This document shows positions 16,721 to 27,900 of a stretch of DNA of 64,000 bases, piece by piece. The position numbers and the translations under genes were made by a program. The DNA is taken from positions 32,001 to 96,000 of IMG/VR virus record IMGVR_UViG_3300049491_001102; one strand, written 5' to 3'. The DNA comes from a virus. Below the pieces are notes generated by a model, which had not been told where the DNA came from, ran no database searches, and saw nothing but the letters and a program-made list of their open reading frames with translations. Every line of letters starts with the position of its first letter. Position 1 is the stretch's first letter.

Positions 16721-18379
16721 TTACGGGGTCACAACAACGCGCCCAACGTAGTAACTTGTACCAACACCTGCCCGAGTTGCACCGATAACAGCCCCTTTAG
16801 TGTTTGCAGCGATCAATGCAACACTTGAAATGTTGCTAGTTGCGTCAGCCGTAAATGTGAACGTAGTCGGTGTACTGCCAAAGTTACCGGGGAAGATCAC
16901 GGGGATCGCATAATTTGAGCTACTACCGCTGTCGAGGTCACCACCAGCAACCGCACAGTCATAGCGACGCGATGGTTGTCCGCTTGGAGTGACATCGAAG
17001 TTGAACCCAACAGGATCGCTCGACGTAGACCCCGTTCCCAATCGAATGAGGTTTCCATTCGAATAAGGAGAACGAATGCTGAATATGAACCCACCAGTCA
17101 GACCGCTGCTGAAAGCATCATCATCGAAATATTCCGATGCGGCTGATTCTTGAGCGATCATGGCGAAAATAGAACCCTGGTTCGTATTTCCACCATCGAT
17201 ACTGTGCTTTAAGTTACCGAAGCGGAAATTCTCTTTTCCACCGGCTGTATCAGTCATATTCCACTTACTAGTAGTGGTATTCCAAAACTGATTGATCGTA
17301 AAGCACCAACCGTAATCATCATGCGTGTAGATGCGAATACCCTGATTGCTCGTCGTTGGGCGACGAAACAATGGTCGATACGCAGCGCCTGAAGTTGTCG
17401 TTTGATAGATTGGTGCAACACTCTCGTCGATCTGCTCTTTCGTGACAAACTTCTGCACGATTTCATCGAAAGCTTGTTGAACCGTCCCACCATCGAAAAA
17501 GCTATTGAGTGGCAACAACGGGGAAATACCCGTGATGGTCACTTCTTGCGTTTCAATAATATCCGCTCCGGACTCGCGAACATCCGTTGTCAGCCCACCG
17601 ATAGCTTCAGACATGTTGGCTCCCGCCAACAAATTCGTCCACGCCATTGAATCTGGAACGATGTCGTTGTCGATCGCGGTGCCCGGATGCACACCCGTTG
17701 TACCGGCGATGTGGGCGTTTAGCTGGTCCAACGTGAATTGCATGGCCGTGGGTAAACGACCCGTGCGGACCATCGCCGGTGAAGATGCCGCGAGGTTGAA
17801 GATGTACTGGAAGCGTGAATTCGGTTTGCTTATGACATCCGCCGATTCGATCATCGCGTTTAGGATCTGAGTGGTCCCAAAGCTAAGTTTGACGTCGCCG
17901 ATGAGCAACGCATCGCTGCGCAAAGCTGGGCGTGTGGCCAAGCCTGCAGTGGCCTCAGCTCCTTGGGTGACGATGAACTGGTACCCCTCGTCGTTCACGT
18001 ACAGCACCGGGAGGCCGTTGCCATCAAAACGCTGATCGGTTTGCACTCGCGTGAACTGCACAAAGATCGAGACCCACTTTTCGTTCCCGCTCGACACCAC
18101 GGTCGTCGGCAAGCCGTTGCTGTCCGTGCTCATGTTGAGCGTGACAGAACTCGACATCGCGACGCGGCGTCCTAGTTGGTCGTAACCAATGCCGGGCCCA
18201 CCGATGTCGACGGTCAGGTTGGGGACCGGTGCATGCTGAACGACCGAGTACCCGGTGGTGACCCCGAAGTAGGCTTGGTCCGTCATGATGCGCTGCATGG
18301 CCTCTTCAGCATTCGACTGAAGCTGATCCATGTCGCTCTCACCAACCAACTGCTCAAAATAAAAGTCTAGCCGCTTCAT
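16721..18379 (-). CDS. Baseplate-attached tail fibre-type structural protein
   Basis: Follows the baseplate wedge gene; N-term RLDFYFEQLV...PVPNLTVDI...YDQLGRR; beta-rich C-terminus. Confidence 0.6.
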   Translation of the reverse strand: MKRLDFYFEQLVGESDMDQLQSNAEEAMQRIMTDQAYFGVTTGYSVVQHAPVPNLTVDIGGPGIGYDQLGRRVAMSSSVTLNMSTDSNGLPTTVVSSGNEKWVSIFVQFTRVQTDQRFDGNGLPVLYVNDEGYQFIVTQGAEATAGLATRPALRSDALLIGDVKLSFGTTQILNAMIESADVISKPNSRFQYIFNLAASSPAMVRTGRLPTAMQFTLDQLNAHIAGTTGVHPGTAIDNDIVPDSMAWTNLLAGANMSEAIGGLTTDVRESGADIIETQEVTITGISPLLPLNSFFDGGTVQQAFDEIVQKFVTKEQIDESVAPIYQTTTSGAAYRPLFRRPTTSNQGIRIYTHDDYGWCFTINQFWNTTTSKWNMTDTAGGKENFRFGNLKHSIDGGNTNQGSIFAMIAQESAASEYFDDDAFSSGLTGGFIFSIRSPYSNGNLIRLGTGSTSSDPVGFNFDVTPSGQPSRRYDCAVAGGDLDSGSSSNYAIPVIFPGNFGSTPTTFTFTADATSNISSVALIAANTKGAVIGATRAGVGTSYYVGRVVVTP

Positions 18380-20541
18380 GTGGTCAAAATCGTTTCTGTG
18401 CCCAACAGATGGACACCAATGCGCCAGTACGTCTTCGTTCCCGGACCATCATCTCCAGGCGTGCCATTAGGCTCGCGAATACCAACGATATGTTCGTGAG
18501 CACACTTCATGTAGTCCGCGATCTTGAACATAATGTCTCGTTGTTCATCCGTTAAAATCGTCGTTGAGACGATGAAGAATGAATACCACAACGGAGACCC
18601 AATACCAGGACCAATGATTGTGTTGACATTTAGGTTATGAATTCCTATTTGCCAGAAATCACGGTAGTTAAAGATGTCCAATGTGACCTCTACACCAGTG
18701 AAAAAGCGAATAGCGTTTATAACGCCTTCAGCCGTTCCCTTCTGTTTGTAGATAGGGACTAAAATTCTCCCCAATTTTCTCTTCTGAGTCAAAGAGAGGT
18801 CTACGAACAGAAATGGATTCCCGAGGTCAGTTAATATCGCATCAACGAACTGCTCAGGTGCGATGTCAAGGTCTATAATGTCTGTCCAATGGTCTATTTC
18901 ACATAGTAGAAGGTCAACGACATCTTGTAGACATAAAATGAACTTCCGAAGTGGTTGGTCCACCGACGAATCATCATCACGTCGATTCATCTGCGGGATT
19001 TTTTCCCACAAGTTCAATGACCGCCCAGCAGGCGCTATACATCGATATGCTGAGAAATCTGCGAAGTTGGCCGATGCGTTGATAACATTTTCTTGCAGAT
19101 CGTAAGCGTTGTGAACGGTAACGCGATACGTTGCTGCCATTGTCATCTCAATGTCGAGCGCAACGTCTACAGTGTAGCTATTGATGACCGTAACTCCAAT
19201 TGCTTGGAGTGGGACTGCTGGCACTGTTTGGGCTGAGAATGAATAGTATGAAGGGTCATTGATTGACTCAATGACCATAGCTTCACTAAAGAAAACACGG
19301 ACAGTTTTTAGGTCTCTAGCTTGTGCGGACAGAACTGTTGGGTTCTGAACATCCGCCATGTAAAAAACCCAAGTTGTCTCACACTGGGTTATACCCGCTG
19401 TTCCAGAGTTAACGATGACTTCGATTGGCTGTTCTGAAACAAATGGGGCAATAACGTCTAACGGCACAGTGAACAGCAAATCATGAGCATCAGTATCTGG
19501 AACTGTAATGCTGCCGCCCACAAACGGTGCCACCCATGAACCCATGTTATAGGCTATTTGTCCATTAACAATCACTGTTGTGATTGTCAGGTCAATTGGA
19601 ATACCGGATGTGTTTACGATCTCAAATTGAAAGTCCGGACGAGAATGCGGGACTGCAATCTCATTCGGCGGCGGCAACCTATTTCCAATGAAAACTGCAC
19701 TTGGGATTGTATCGAGCTCAATAAAATCGAGATAAATCCCCGGGAGTTCAACAGGTCCTGGTCGTGCAACCGTAACCGCTTGCGCATCAAGTTGAAGCCC
19801 AAGACGAAGCTTCACAGGATCGGGGAGTGTGGTGATGTTGAGCACCACATCATCCAAAGTCGTCGTGTACTTGGTCCCACCATAAAGCAAGTTCTGGTCG
19901 GGAACGGACGGACCCATCGTGTCATCGTCAGCGAAGAATCTCCAGTAGAAGAAGTTTGTTGGTAGCGATGGGGGATACCCACTCTTTAACCGTGGCCAAC
20001 GCGCCTCTCCATGCACACGAACAACTTTGGCGTTGTTCCGCGGTGCTTCCTGATACGTGATTATTCTGTCACCGTAATGCAGGAACGGCCATATTTCGTT
20101 TTTCCTGTCATTACCAAGAACGAACGAATAGTGACCTTGCGTTCCGCTAACTTTGGTCCCCGGAAAATTGAACTTGTATTGAGCCAAACCGCCGACGATT
20201 TGGATGGAAGCCAAAAGTCCGGTTTTAACTGTTGTCAGCCTAACAGCGTTGTTATCCTCGACAGCGATAAGTTCTGGAACTTCAGCTCCGATTACAGCCG
20301 CCACTTCGATCGGGGAAGCAGATGTGATGTCAACGAAATCTATGCTGTCGAACGTCACCGATACAGCATCTGCGCCATTAACACGCAACAGCAGCGTATC
20401 ACCGTCAACAAGTGCATAGTTTCCATCAGACCCAGTAACGACCGTAGCGGGCTGCGGTAGGTCATCCTCAGAGATCACGTGATTTTGCGGGTGAACGCGC
20501 CCTTGGTCGAGACCAAAGCGATAGTCGTACGGTGTTCGCAT
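18376..20541 (-). CDS. Baseplate wedge / P2 gpI-like tail protein with N-terminal accessory domains
   Basis: C-term DLDIAPEQFVDAILTDLG...KRKL...IYKQKGTAEGVINAIRFFTG; Ig-like middle region. Confidence 0.75.
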   Translation of the reverse strand: MRTPYDYRFGLDQGRVHPQNHVISEDDLPQPATVVTGSDGNYALVDGDTLLLRVNGADAVSVTFDSIDFVDITSASPIEVAAVIGAEVPELIAVEDNNAVRLTTVKTGLLASIQIVGGLAQYKFNFPGTKVSGTQGHYSFVLGNDRKNEIWPFLHYGDRIITYQEAPRNNAKVVRVHGEARWPRLKSGYPPSLPTNFFYWRFFADDDTMGPSVPDQNLLYGGTKYTTTLDDVVLNITTLPDPVKLRLGLQLDAQAVTVARPGPVELPGIYLDFIELDTIPSAVFIGNRLPPPNEIAVPHSRPDFQFEIVNTSGIPIDLTITTVIVNGQIAYNMGSWVAPFVGGSITVPDTDAHDLLFTVPLDVIAPFVSEQPIEVIVNSGTAGITQCETTWVFYMADVQNPTVLSAQARDLKTVRVFFSEAMVIESINDPSYYSFSAQTVPAVPLQAIGVTVINSYTVDVALDIEMTMAATYRVTVHNAYDLQENVINASANFADFSAYRCIAPAGRSLNLWEKIPQMNRRDDDSSVDQPLRKFILCLQDVVDLLLCEIDHWTDIIDLDIAPEQFVDAILTDLGNPFLFVDLSLTQKRKLGRILVPIYKQKGTAEGVINAIRFFTGVEVTLDIFNYRDFWQIGIHNLNVNTIIGPGIGSPLWYSFFIVSTTILTDEQRDIMFKIADYMKCAHEHIVGIREPNGTPGDDGPGTKTYWRIGVHLLGTETILTT

Positions 20542-20542
20542 A

Positions 20543-21274
20543 CTAAGAGGGTGGAACGAATGGTGTTGCCGTCTTTGCGATAGTAATGTGGTCTACTGCG
20601 CCCACAACACCTGGAACAGCGGAATAGAATCCATATCCAGCTCTACCTCCTCCGGTAAGTCCGGGAGTTCCAGAGTTTACACCGAGGGAATCGTCGTTAT
20701 ACGACGCCATTCCGGGGATTGCAGTCCAAACTGGCGCAGTCACTGGATTGACAGCTAGATTGTTCTGATAGCAGTTCAGAATGACGTCACCTGAGGGATT
20801 TACGATGCAATCCAACCGCAGATGAACCCACTCATTGAGCCCAATTTGGGCAGTTGATCGGCGCAGAACACCTGAACTACCCGGAGTGTCATCAGGCAAA
20901 CCGCCAATGATCGTCCCTTTGCGTAGCATGATGTACCCTGGGTCCCCCGCGGATAAACCGATCATGTAGGCAGTGGCGGTAAGAGCATCGTTCGACTGGC
21001 ACTGAATAGCCAAGAACGTGCTCATATTTGCCTCATCACCGATGTAGCGCATGACTGCACCCGTGATTTGTCCACCTTCGCCAGAATCAATTGGGTCAAA
21101 CCCTGCGATTGCACAATAGTTGGCTGTTACTCCAACAACTCCGGAGTTCAAAGCTCTCCAGCCAAAAATATGGCTTGCGCCACCATTTGGCAGTGGCAAA
21201 CCAGCAGTCACTCCACGAGCGACTGAAGCAAGGTCTAAGGAGTTTACGAACTCAAACCAGTCGTCTGCTGCCAT
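20543..21274 (-). CDS. Virion protein, lectin/beta-sandwich-like
   Basis: Position in the baseplate/fibre cluster; EWVHLRLDCIVNPSGDV strand motif. Confidence 0.55.
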   Translation of the reverse strand: MAADDWFEFVNSLDLASVARGVTAGLPLPNGGASHIFGWRALNSGVVGVTANYCAIAGFDPIDSGEGGQITGAVMRYIGDEANMSTFLAIQCQSNDALTATAYMIGLSAGDPGYIMLRKGTIIGGLPDDTPGSSGVLRRSTAQIGLNEWVHLRLDCIVNPSGDVILNCYQNNLAVNPVTAPVWTAIPGMASYNDDSLGVNSGTPGLTGGGRAGYGFYSAVPGVVGAVDHITIAKTATPFVPPS

Positions 21275-21275
21275 A

Positions 21276-23360
21276 TTACACCAAAGATGGGTTCCAGTAT
21301 TTGCCAGGCCACTTGTACGATGGCATGACGAAATGATCTTCTACTATACTTATCTCAGACGGGTTCGTCCCGTCAATTTCTACTGTCATTGGTGTTCCCG
21401 GCACTTCTTGCAGTAACACCACGTGGAAAGCAAACTGATACGCTGATGTTTGAACAGTGTTTCCATTGTTTATGTTGGAAACAAGTTCTTGTGCAATAAT
21501 AAACTCTGTGTCGCCCATTTGAGCAACATAAGAGAATCTAATGCCATCTATTGTTACAGAATAAATGTTTCCTACCGTACAAGCGTTGATCAGAATATCG
21601 GTGTGTTCAGGATTAGCAGGACTAAATGTCTCCACTATTCCCGGCTGTGAAAAATCACAGTAATGAAGTTCACGTTCTGGTCCAAGGTCGTCAATGTCGT
21701 AGATATCTCGTTCATTGCCCATAGACGGGATACTCGTCTTGAACCCCCATTCCGTGTTGAACGTCTCTTCTTCAAGTGTATCGCTATTAAACATGGCGAT
21801 AACTTCGTTGAAGGGATCGCCGAGCCACGTAAGAGTCAAACGGACATCCCAGTCCACGACATCGTAATAGTTCGAAGGGTACGGACCTATATTGTACCTG
21901 TAACCATTACCAAATGTCTCCACAACACCTGTAGTGTCAGGATACGTTGTCGTATTAAAAACAACAGCTATAGTTGCCGTTATATCTGTATAAAACGGGA
22001 ACCAGTCCATTGTTTCCCATAGAAACGGCCCATCACCACTCAATCCCCAGAATGCACCTGTGACCGTACTCCCCGAAATATCGCTGGCATCAGTGAACGC
22101 ATCAGGATCGGTACTCGCAGGCCAACCTTTGGCGAACATCTCGTAGGCGGAAGGGAACAGCGAAGGTCCGCTTTCTGCGAATTCAGCCAACTCCCAGCCT
22201 TGCGACAACACCTCCATTGACCACAAACGGGCATACCCGGGGTCGGACTGGCCGCGTGAAATAACGTTGGTGGGAAACCCAAACACCACATTGGCCGCGC
22301 CGCCGATCACTTCGATTGTCGCGATGTCCCCCTGAAGCTGAGGGAACGTCGTCAATACCAGGTAAAAACCGTCCATCACTGCGGTTAGCCCCGTGTTTGC
22401 GGCTTCCAACGCGGCCGATATCTCCGATGCCTGAACATCGTCCATGTCGGCAATCAGGTCGGTACCATCGACGGGAAGAGCAAATGCAAACAAGGCGGCT
22501 GCTGACCCGCCGGAGATCACAACCGTGGACGTGGTGCCATACGATGCGCTGACAATGGACACCGAATCCCCGGGGCCCACAACCGAGAGTGATTGCGTGG
22601 TCGCTGTGTTCACTGCGATCACGACCTCTGCGGCACTGACTGCGGTGATGTCTTGCACGTTGCCCACGCCCGCGGTGGTGGACGCAGTGGTAAATGCACT
22701 GGCTCCTGTTCCACCCAAAATTTGAATGCTCGCCGAATCCCCGAGCAAGTCGGTGACCAACTCAATGCTGCTAGGACCCGTCGGCGCAACCGAGACACCG
22801 AGCAGCGCGAGGCTCAGAACTGCGGCGACTTCAGACTGCGTAGCTGCGGAAATATCCGCAAAGTCCTCTTCGCGGAAAACAACCGTCTTGGACGGGCTTG
22901 TGTTAACTTTAACGATCAACGTTGCACCGTGGTACAGCGCGTACGTTGGGCCAGATGATGAATCTAGAACGAGCTCGTACGCTGTTCCTTGAACCCATTG
23001 GACAGATGTCGTCGGTAAGCCATCAAATGACACATCTAGAGTGTCACTGCCACCAGACATGTCAAATGGACCTGATACACCAGAATTGACGTACCCATGA
23101 GTTCCTGGGTAGAACGCAACGTTGTGCTCAACACCGTTAACAACGATCCTGAGGTTGTACCCGATGCCTAAAGCGTACGGCGACGTATTATTCGCATGTA
23201 ACGTCGGGTACGTGCCTTTTGGTTCTTCAAACGATAAATTGCCGAAACCTGTTGATCCCCCACCACCACCGACGATTGCAGTTCCGGATCCAGAACCTGG
23301 ACCCAACGACCCGAATGCGCCAGAACCGTGGCCATGTGTGATGACAAGAGTGGCAACCAT
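21276..23360 (-). CDS. Virion protein with a triply nested repeat domain
   Basis: Acidic, Gly-rich; three copies of a domain shared with the sheath and with 18376..20541. Confidence 0.65.
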   Translation of the reverse strand: MVATLVITHGHGSGAFGSLGPGSGSGTAIVGGGGGSTGFGNLSFEEPKGTYPTLHANNTSPYALGIGYNLRIVVNGVEHNVAFYPGTHGYVNSGVSGPFDMSGGSDTLDVSFDGLPTTSVQWVQGTAYELVLDSSSGPTYALYHGATLIVKVNTSPSKTVVFREEDFADISAATQSEVAAVLSLALLGVSVAPTGPSSIELVTDLLGDSASIQILGGTGASAFTTASTTAGVGNVQDITAVSAAEVVIAVNTATTQSLSVVGPGDSVSIVSASYGTTSTVVISGGSAAALFAFALPVDGTDLIADMDDVQASEISAALEAANTGLTAVMDGFYLVLTTFPQLQGDIATIEVIGGAANVVFGFPTNVISRGQSDPGYARLWSMEVLSQGWELAEFAESGPSLFPSAYEMFAKGWPASTDPDAFTDASDISGSTVTGAFWGLSGDGPFLWETMDWFPFYTDITATIAVVFNTTTYPDTTGVVETFGNGYRYNIGPYPSNYYDVVDWDVRLTLTWLGDPFNEVIAMFNSDTLEEETFNTEWGFKTSIPSMGNERDIYDIDDLGPERELHYCDFSQPGIVETFSPANPEHTDILINACTVGNIYSVTIDGIRFSYVAQMGDTEFIIAQELVSNINNGNTVQTSAYQFAFHVVLLQEVPGTPMTVEIDGTNPSEISIVEDHFVMPSYKWPGKYWNPSLV

Positions 23361-24103
23361 TATCCAATCCTAAAGTAACCGCGAGTGTAGTTGATAGCCG
23401 CAGCAGAGGACACAATTTCGTCAACGTTGAATGGTTCAGTATTCAATAAATACGGCCCATCAGCCCCATACGTCATCGATACCTCCGTAATCGTCAATGC
23501 CCCCCGTATATCAAACGATGGTGAATTGTACGTGTTAAGCCACCATGACGATGTTGCCGGGAAAAATCCTGGAGAACGATATTGGGCTGTTAATATTTGA
23601 ATGTCACTCAGTGACATCGTAATGTTTGACTTGAATGGATGGGCTATGCGTCCATTAAAGTAGTTAGAACCACCTGCAACGCTTTGTCCAATCCTGGCAA
23701 CACCAGCAGGTGCAATAGCTCCTAAACTTGGCGGTGAAACTGTCTCAACAATTGCTGTTCCTGGACCCTGACCAACCCCAACGTACAAGTTTGTTCCGTT
23801 GTAGGAGACAACAATTGTATTCCATGTGTTTGCTACAAGCGTTGCAGAAACCGTCGTAGAATCAACTAGGTTGCCCCCGACCCAGTCGATAACTACTCGA
23901 ACTTTAAGTGAACTTTTGCAGATGATGTTTAGAGCGGAAACATTCGTCCCCAAAGCACCGTGACTGTAGATATACGCATTGGACTGTTGAGATGCATCTG
24001 GATAAACAAAAAACTGCATCAACCACCCAGTACCAGGGAGGTCTAAAGCAGCATTGTCCGCAATGGATAGGTATGTTCCTGACCCAGTGAAAAGAGCGGA
24101 CAT
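23360..24103 (-). CDS. LamG/concanavalin A-like domain protein
   Basis: LVANTWNTIVVSYNGTNLYVGV...RIGQ...YFNGRIA pattern. Confidence 0.7.
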   Translation of the reverse strand: MSALFTGSGTYLSIADNAALDLPGTGWLMQFFVYPDASQQSNAYIYSHGALGTNVSALNIICKSSLKVRVVIDWVGGNLVDSTTVSATLVANTWNTIVVSYNGTNLYVGVGQGPGTAIVETVSPPSLGAIAPAGVARIGQSVAGGSNYFNGRIAHPFKSNITMSLSDIQILTAQYRSPGFFPATSSWWLNTYNSPSFDIRGALTITEVSMTYGADGPYLLNTEPFNVDEIVSSAAAINYTRGYFRIG

Positions 24104-24595
24104 TTACACCTCCACAAGAGCTGCATTCATCAGATAGGCAAGTCCAACCATTGTATCCCCGACATTGGCACCTGTGCGCCCAACACGTATACGAAATCTG
24201 TCACCAGCAGCAATGCTGCTGATATTTGCCGGTGTCAGCGTTCCAAATGACGTAACGCGTGTTGATGACAGTGTAGACCCAGGCGTATCCGTTATCGGAA
24301 GTAACGTGCCCATCGTCAGTGTATCTGTTCGGTTACCGTTATGAGCCATACGTTCGAACTCGGCAGTCCAACGGCAATTACCGGTAGTTACCGTCCAACT
24401 TGCCCAATAAAGGTATAGAAGGACATTACCCCCTCCGTACCCGTTTGGCATCACACCAGTAAAAATCTGCGTCCAGTCAGCAGCATCTGAAAACGCAGCG
24501 CTCTTGTGTCCTGTTGTCGTTTGAACAACTGGGTAGGAGTTAGATTGGAAAAATGTAGCTGCGTGTCCGTCTGCGGACCAGAGTAGTTTTGCCAT
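24104..24595 (-). CDS. Beta-sandwich virion/fibre-associated protein
   Basis: FTGVMPNGYGGG...IAAGDRFRIRVGR; position next to the tail fibre. Confidence 0.55.
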   Translation of the reverse strand: MAKLLWSADGHAATFFQSNSYPVVQTTTGHKSAAFSDAADWTQIFTGVMPNGYGGGNVLLYLYWASWTVTTGNCRWTAEFERMAHNGNRTDTLTMGTLLPITDTPGSTLSSTRVTSFGTLTPANISSIAAGDRFRIRVGRTGANVGDTMVGLAYLMNAALVEV

Positions 24596-24600
24596 GTGAT

Positions 24601-24927
24601 TTATCCGATGATCTCTTCATTGGAGACTACAACACCGACACCGCGTTCAACTCGAACTGAGGAGTCCGCTTCTTTCAAAGCTTGTTCCTCGGTTTTCTCC
24701 ACCATCTGCAGCATCGACGATAGAAGCTTCGTAAGATATGGGTACGGCATATCTTTGAGTTTTCCTTCTGGGTCACACAATGCACGAACATCGAGGGCTA
24801 AAGCATTGTTGGCAAAAACACGAAGCTCTTCTTGCAGCTCCGGTTTTGTCATCTCCACTGGAAGTGGAACGTTATTGGCGGCCAAGTAGGCAGTAACTCG
24901 CTTGTAGAGTTCGAGATGGTATTCCAT
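24601..24927 (-). CDS. Hypothetical protein downstream of the tail fibre
   Basis: ATG with purine-rich upstream sequence; co-oriented in the operon. Confidence 0.5.
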   Translation of the reverse strand: MEYHLELYKRVTAYLAANNVPLPVEMTKPELQEELRVFANNALALDVRALCDPEGKLKDMPYPYLTKLLSSMLQMVEKTEEQALKEADSSVRVERGVGVVVSNEEIIG

Positions 24928-24934
24928 GACTTCC

Positions 24935-27900
24935 CTATGTGATCCTTAGACTTCCGTAGGCTTCAATCTCAAGACCAGCCCATACTGTGTCTGAACCGAT
25001 TGTCTCGACGCTTATAATGTCACCAGCGACAAGAGGTGTTGTTACAAGGTTTGCAGTGATAGTTGTGTTGCCCGAAGTTATAATCGGCAACGAACCGCTG
25101 ATGATTGAAGTTCCATTGGCTTTGATGTCAATGGTCAAGTTTGCGCCAGCAGCCGTGTTCAATCGTGCGCGCATGGTCGCCGGGACCCAGTTCGTCACCG
25201 CTGGGGCGATCGTTTGGCGTGGCGCAGCCGATACCCCGGCACCCGAGTTGTAGTTTGCGGGAACCGAGAAGCAAAAAGTCCCGGGGATGCCTTTGTAAGC
25301 AAGTGCCGTAGCACCAGCGTTCACAAACGGCGCCATACCAGCGCTTCCAGCCTTCGAACTAGGAACGTCCGAAAGCTGGTTAAACGTGCGGATCCAATTC
25401 GATGGTGTTGCCCGCCAGCGCGACGATGCAATGTCGTAGAGCAGGATAACTGCCTCGTTTGGTGCGACGGCCAAATCCTGGCTGTTCGGGCAGAGAATCC
25501 GGTTGATCCCCGACGACGTGACTTCATTCGCGAGTGTAATGATCGATGAACCAACGTTGATGAAGAGTTTGAGGATTGTTCCCGCGGTCGAAGACAGCGC
25601 GCCAAATCCTGTGATGGTTTGGGCCCCCGTGGCTGCTTGGCGGATCACATCCGCAATCGACCAATCCGTGGGTGTGTAGTTATCCGCTTGAGCAGCAAGT
25701 GCCGTGGGTGTGATCGTGTATTGGCCTTGTCCGGCGATTCGATTCCCGCCTAACGCCAACGTGCCCGTCATTGTTCGCGACCCGTCGAGTGGCAACAAGG
25801 CGATGCCACTAATCGACAAAATATTTGATGCTAGCGATTCCCCAATTCCATTGGTCCCGAGAATCTTAGCAAACGGAAGATCGAATCCGTTCTTAGCAAG
25901 GGCAATACCGGTCCCGGAAGCACCGGCATTCGAAGTCGTGTTGACCTCCCCCATCAAGGGGAATGCACGCCACTTCGTCGACGTTGAGTCATAGGATAAC
26001 AACACCGCTCCGCCGGGCCCGACAACAAGATCTGTTCCTCCGGGACATAAGACTTGATTGGCAGTCGCTGACCCACCATTATTGTTGTTGATCGTGAACG
26101 AATCACTCGCATCGGTATTGATGAGGATCTTCCGTGTCGTCAGCAGTCCCGTTGCCAAAAAACCGGTAAACGCTTGGCTTCCCGTGAAGCTAAACCGAAT
26201 AATGTCAGCCTTGTCGAAGTCGGTAGCCGTGTAGTCGTGCTGCGTTGCCGTTATTGTCGCTGGCGATATGAGGTTGTAACCAAGTCTCTTCAACGCGAAC
26301 GCGCCCATGTCCAACTCTGCCGTCATGGCGCGGGAGCCATCACGTGGCAGTAGTGCAGTTGCGTCGAGATTGACTAGCGTGTTCGCAGGAAAACTCCCCG
26401 GGTTGGCAATCGTCAAGCCGCCAAGACCCGCAAGTGTGCGCAGCTCAAAGTCAACGCCTGTCTTTTGGTGGTACAGCCCCACACCAGCGCCGACGTTGCT
26501 CATTGTATTGAACTCGCCAGCCGCCCCGGCACCACCGCCCGCAAGTTGCGATCCAAATTTACCCGCAGGGTAAAACTCCGCTTGGGCCGTGTTGTTCAAC
26601 GCTGTTGCGTTGCCGATAAGGACGAGGCGTGCGCAAAGGACTGCGCCACTTAAAATAGTTGGTACTGCAAACGTATCAGCAGCAATGCCCGCGATGGCAG
26701 CCGCCTTAGTGGTGTAGATCTTCTGACCATAGACCACGCGATACTCCGGGTTGATGCCCCCAGGTACCAAATAAATCCATTGGGTCGTCCATTCCGCTGC
26801 CGCAACAGATTGCAGAGTTCCCGACCCGTTGTCCCACGACCCCGGTGCAATCGAAGTCGCTGCTGCCGTGATGGTGTAGCCCGAGGGAGAACTGGGATTC
26901 CGGTAGACGTAGCGGAACGACGCTGCCGTGGCGGATGCGTCCGTGGTGATCGAAGGATATTCGCGCGCGGTCGAGTAGTTGGCACCCGCCAGCCAACTGG
27001 AACCTGCGGTTTTGTTCAACTGCAGGTTGGCACCATTCGCCGACCAAACATTTCCGCTTAGATTTACAGGACCAAAAATCTCGAAGAATGACGCAAGGTC
27101 AAATCCTTTATTGTAGGCAAGCTGCGTTACCGGTGTGATGTTGTCAATCGACGTATTATTTACGTGACTGATCTTCGCCAACGGCACAATAACGCGTCGT
27201 TGTGCTAAAGTGAACGGTGTCGCTTGTTGCACTATAGATGAGGCTGTGTCTATCCCAATCCATGTTTGTGCATTCGTTGCCAATCCACTAAGCGTTTGTG
27301 AATTGGCCATCCCCCAAGAAATCGGCTGAATAGACGGAGGATTAAGCGTGTGGTCTACGATTTGACCAAAACCGGCAGACACGTCGAAACGTGACGTGAT
27401 AGCGTCAATAGTGACAACTCCACCCGAAATAAGTCCTGTATCTTGGATGACTTGTACATCAAATGGTGAGGATGCTAGCATCAGCATCCACGTATCAATG
27501 GATTTGATGTAACGAAAACGAATTGTACTGTTACGCCTAATAAACTCGGGCCGGTAATTGAAGTTTATAGAAGACGAGAATGTGATGTCAGTGATTTGAC
27601 CTGCTGACTCAATTTCGCACTCGTCACCGTCTTGAAGGCTCGCGCTTACGCTTGGTAAGTTTATTGTGAACGTGGAAATAGACCCGTCATTTGTATTAAC
27701 GACGCGTCCTCCCCTTGGTGATGGAAATGTGTAGCTACCAGCATTAGTAAAAAAAACGTATTCTTGAACGGACCAAAGTGTCCGATACGTTCCGCCGTCA
27801 TTTAACATCAGTTGATTCATATCGGTTGCCCAGTAACGGGCACCATCAATTGATGCGGCTGGAATACTCGCCAGCAAACCGGATGTCAGAAGCTGACCAT

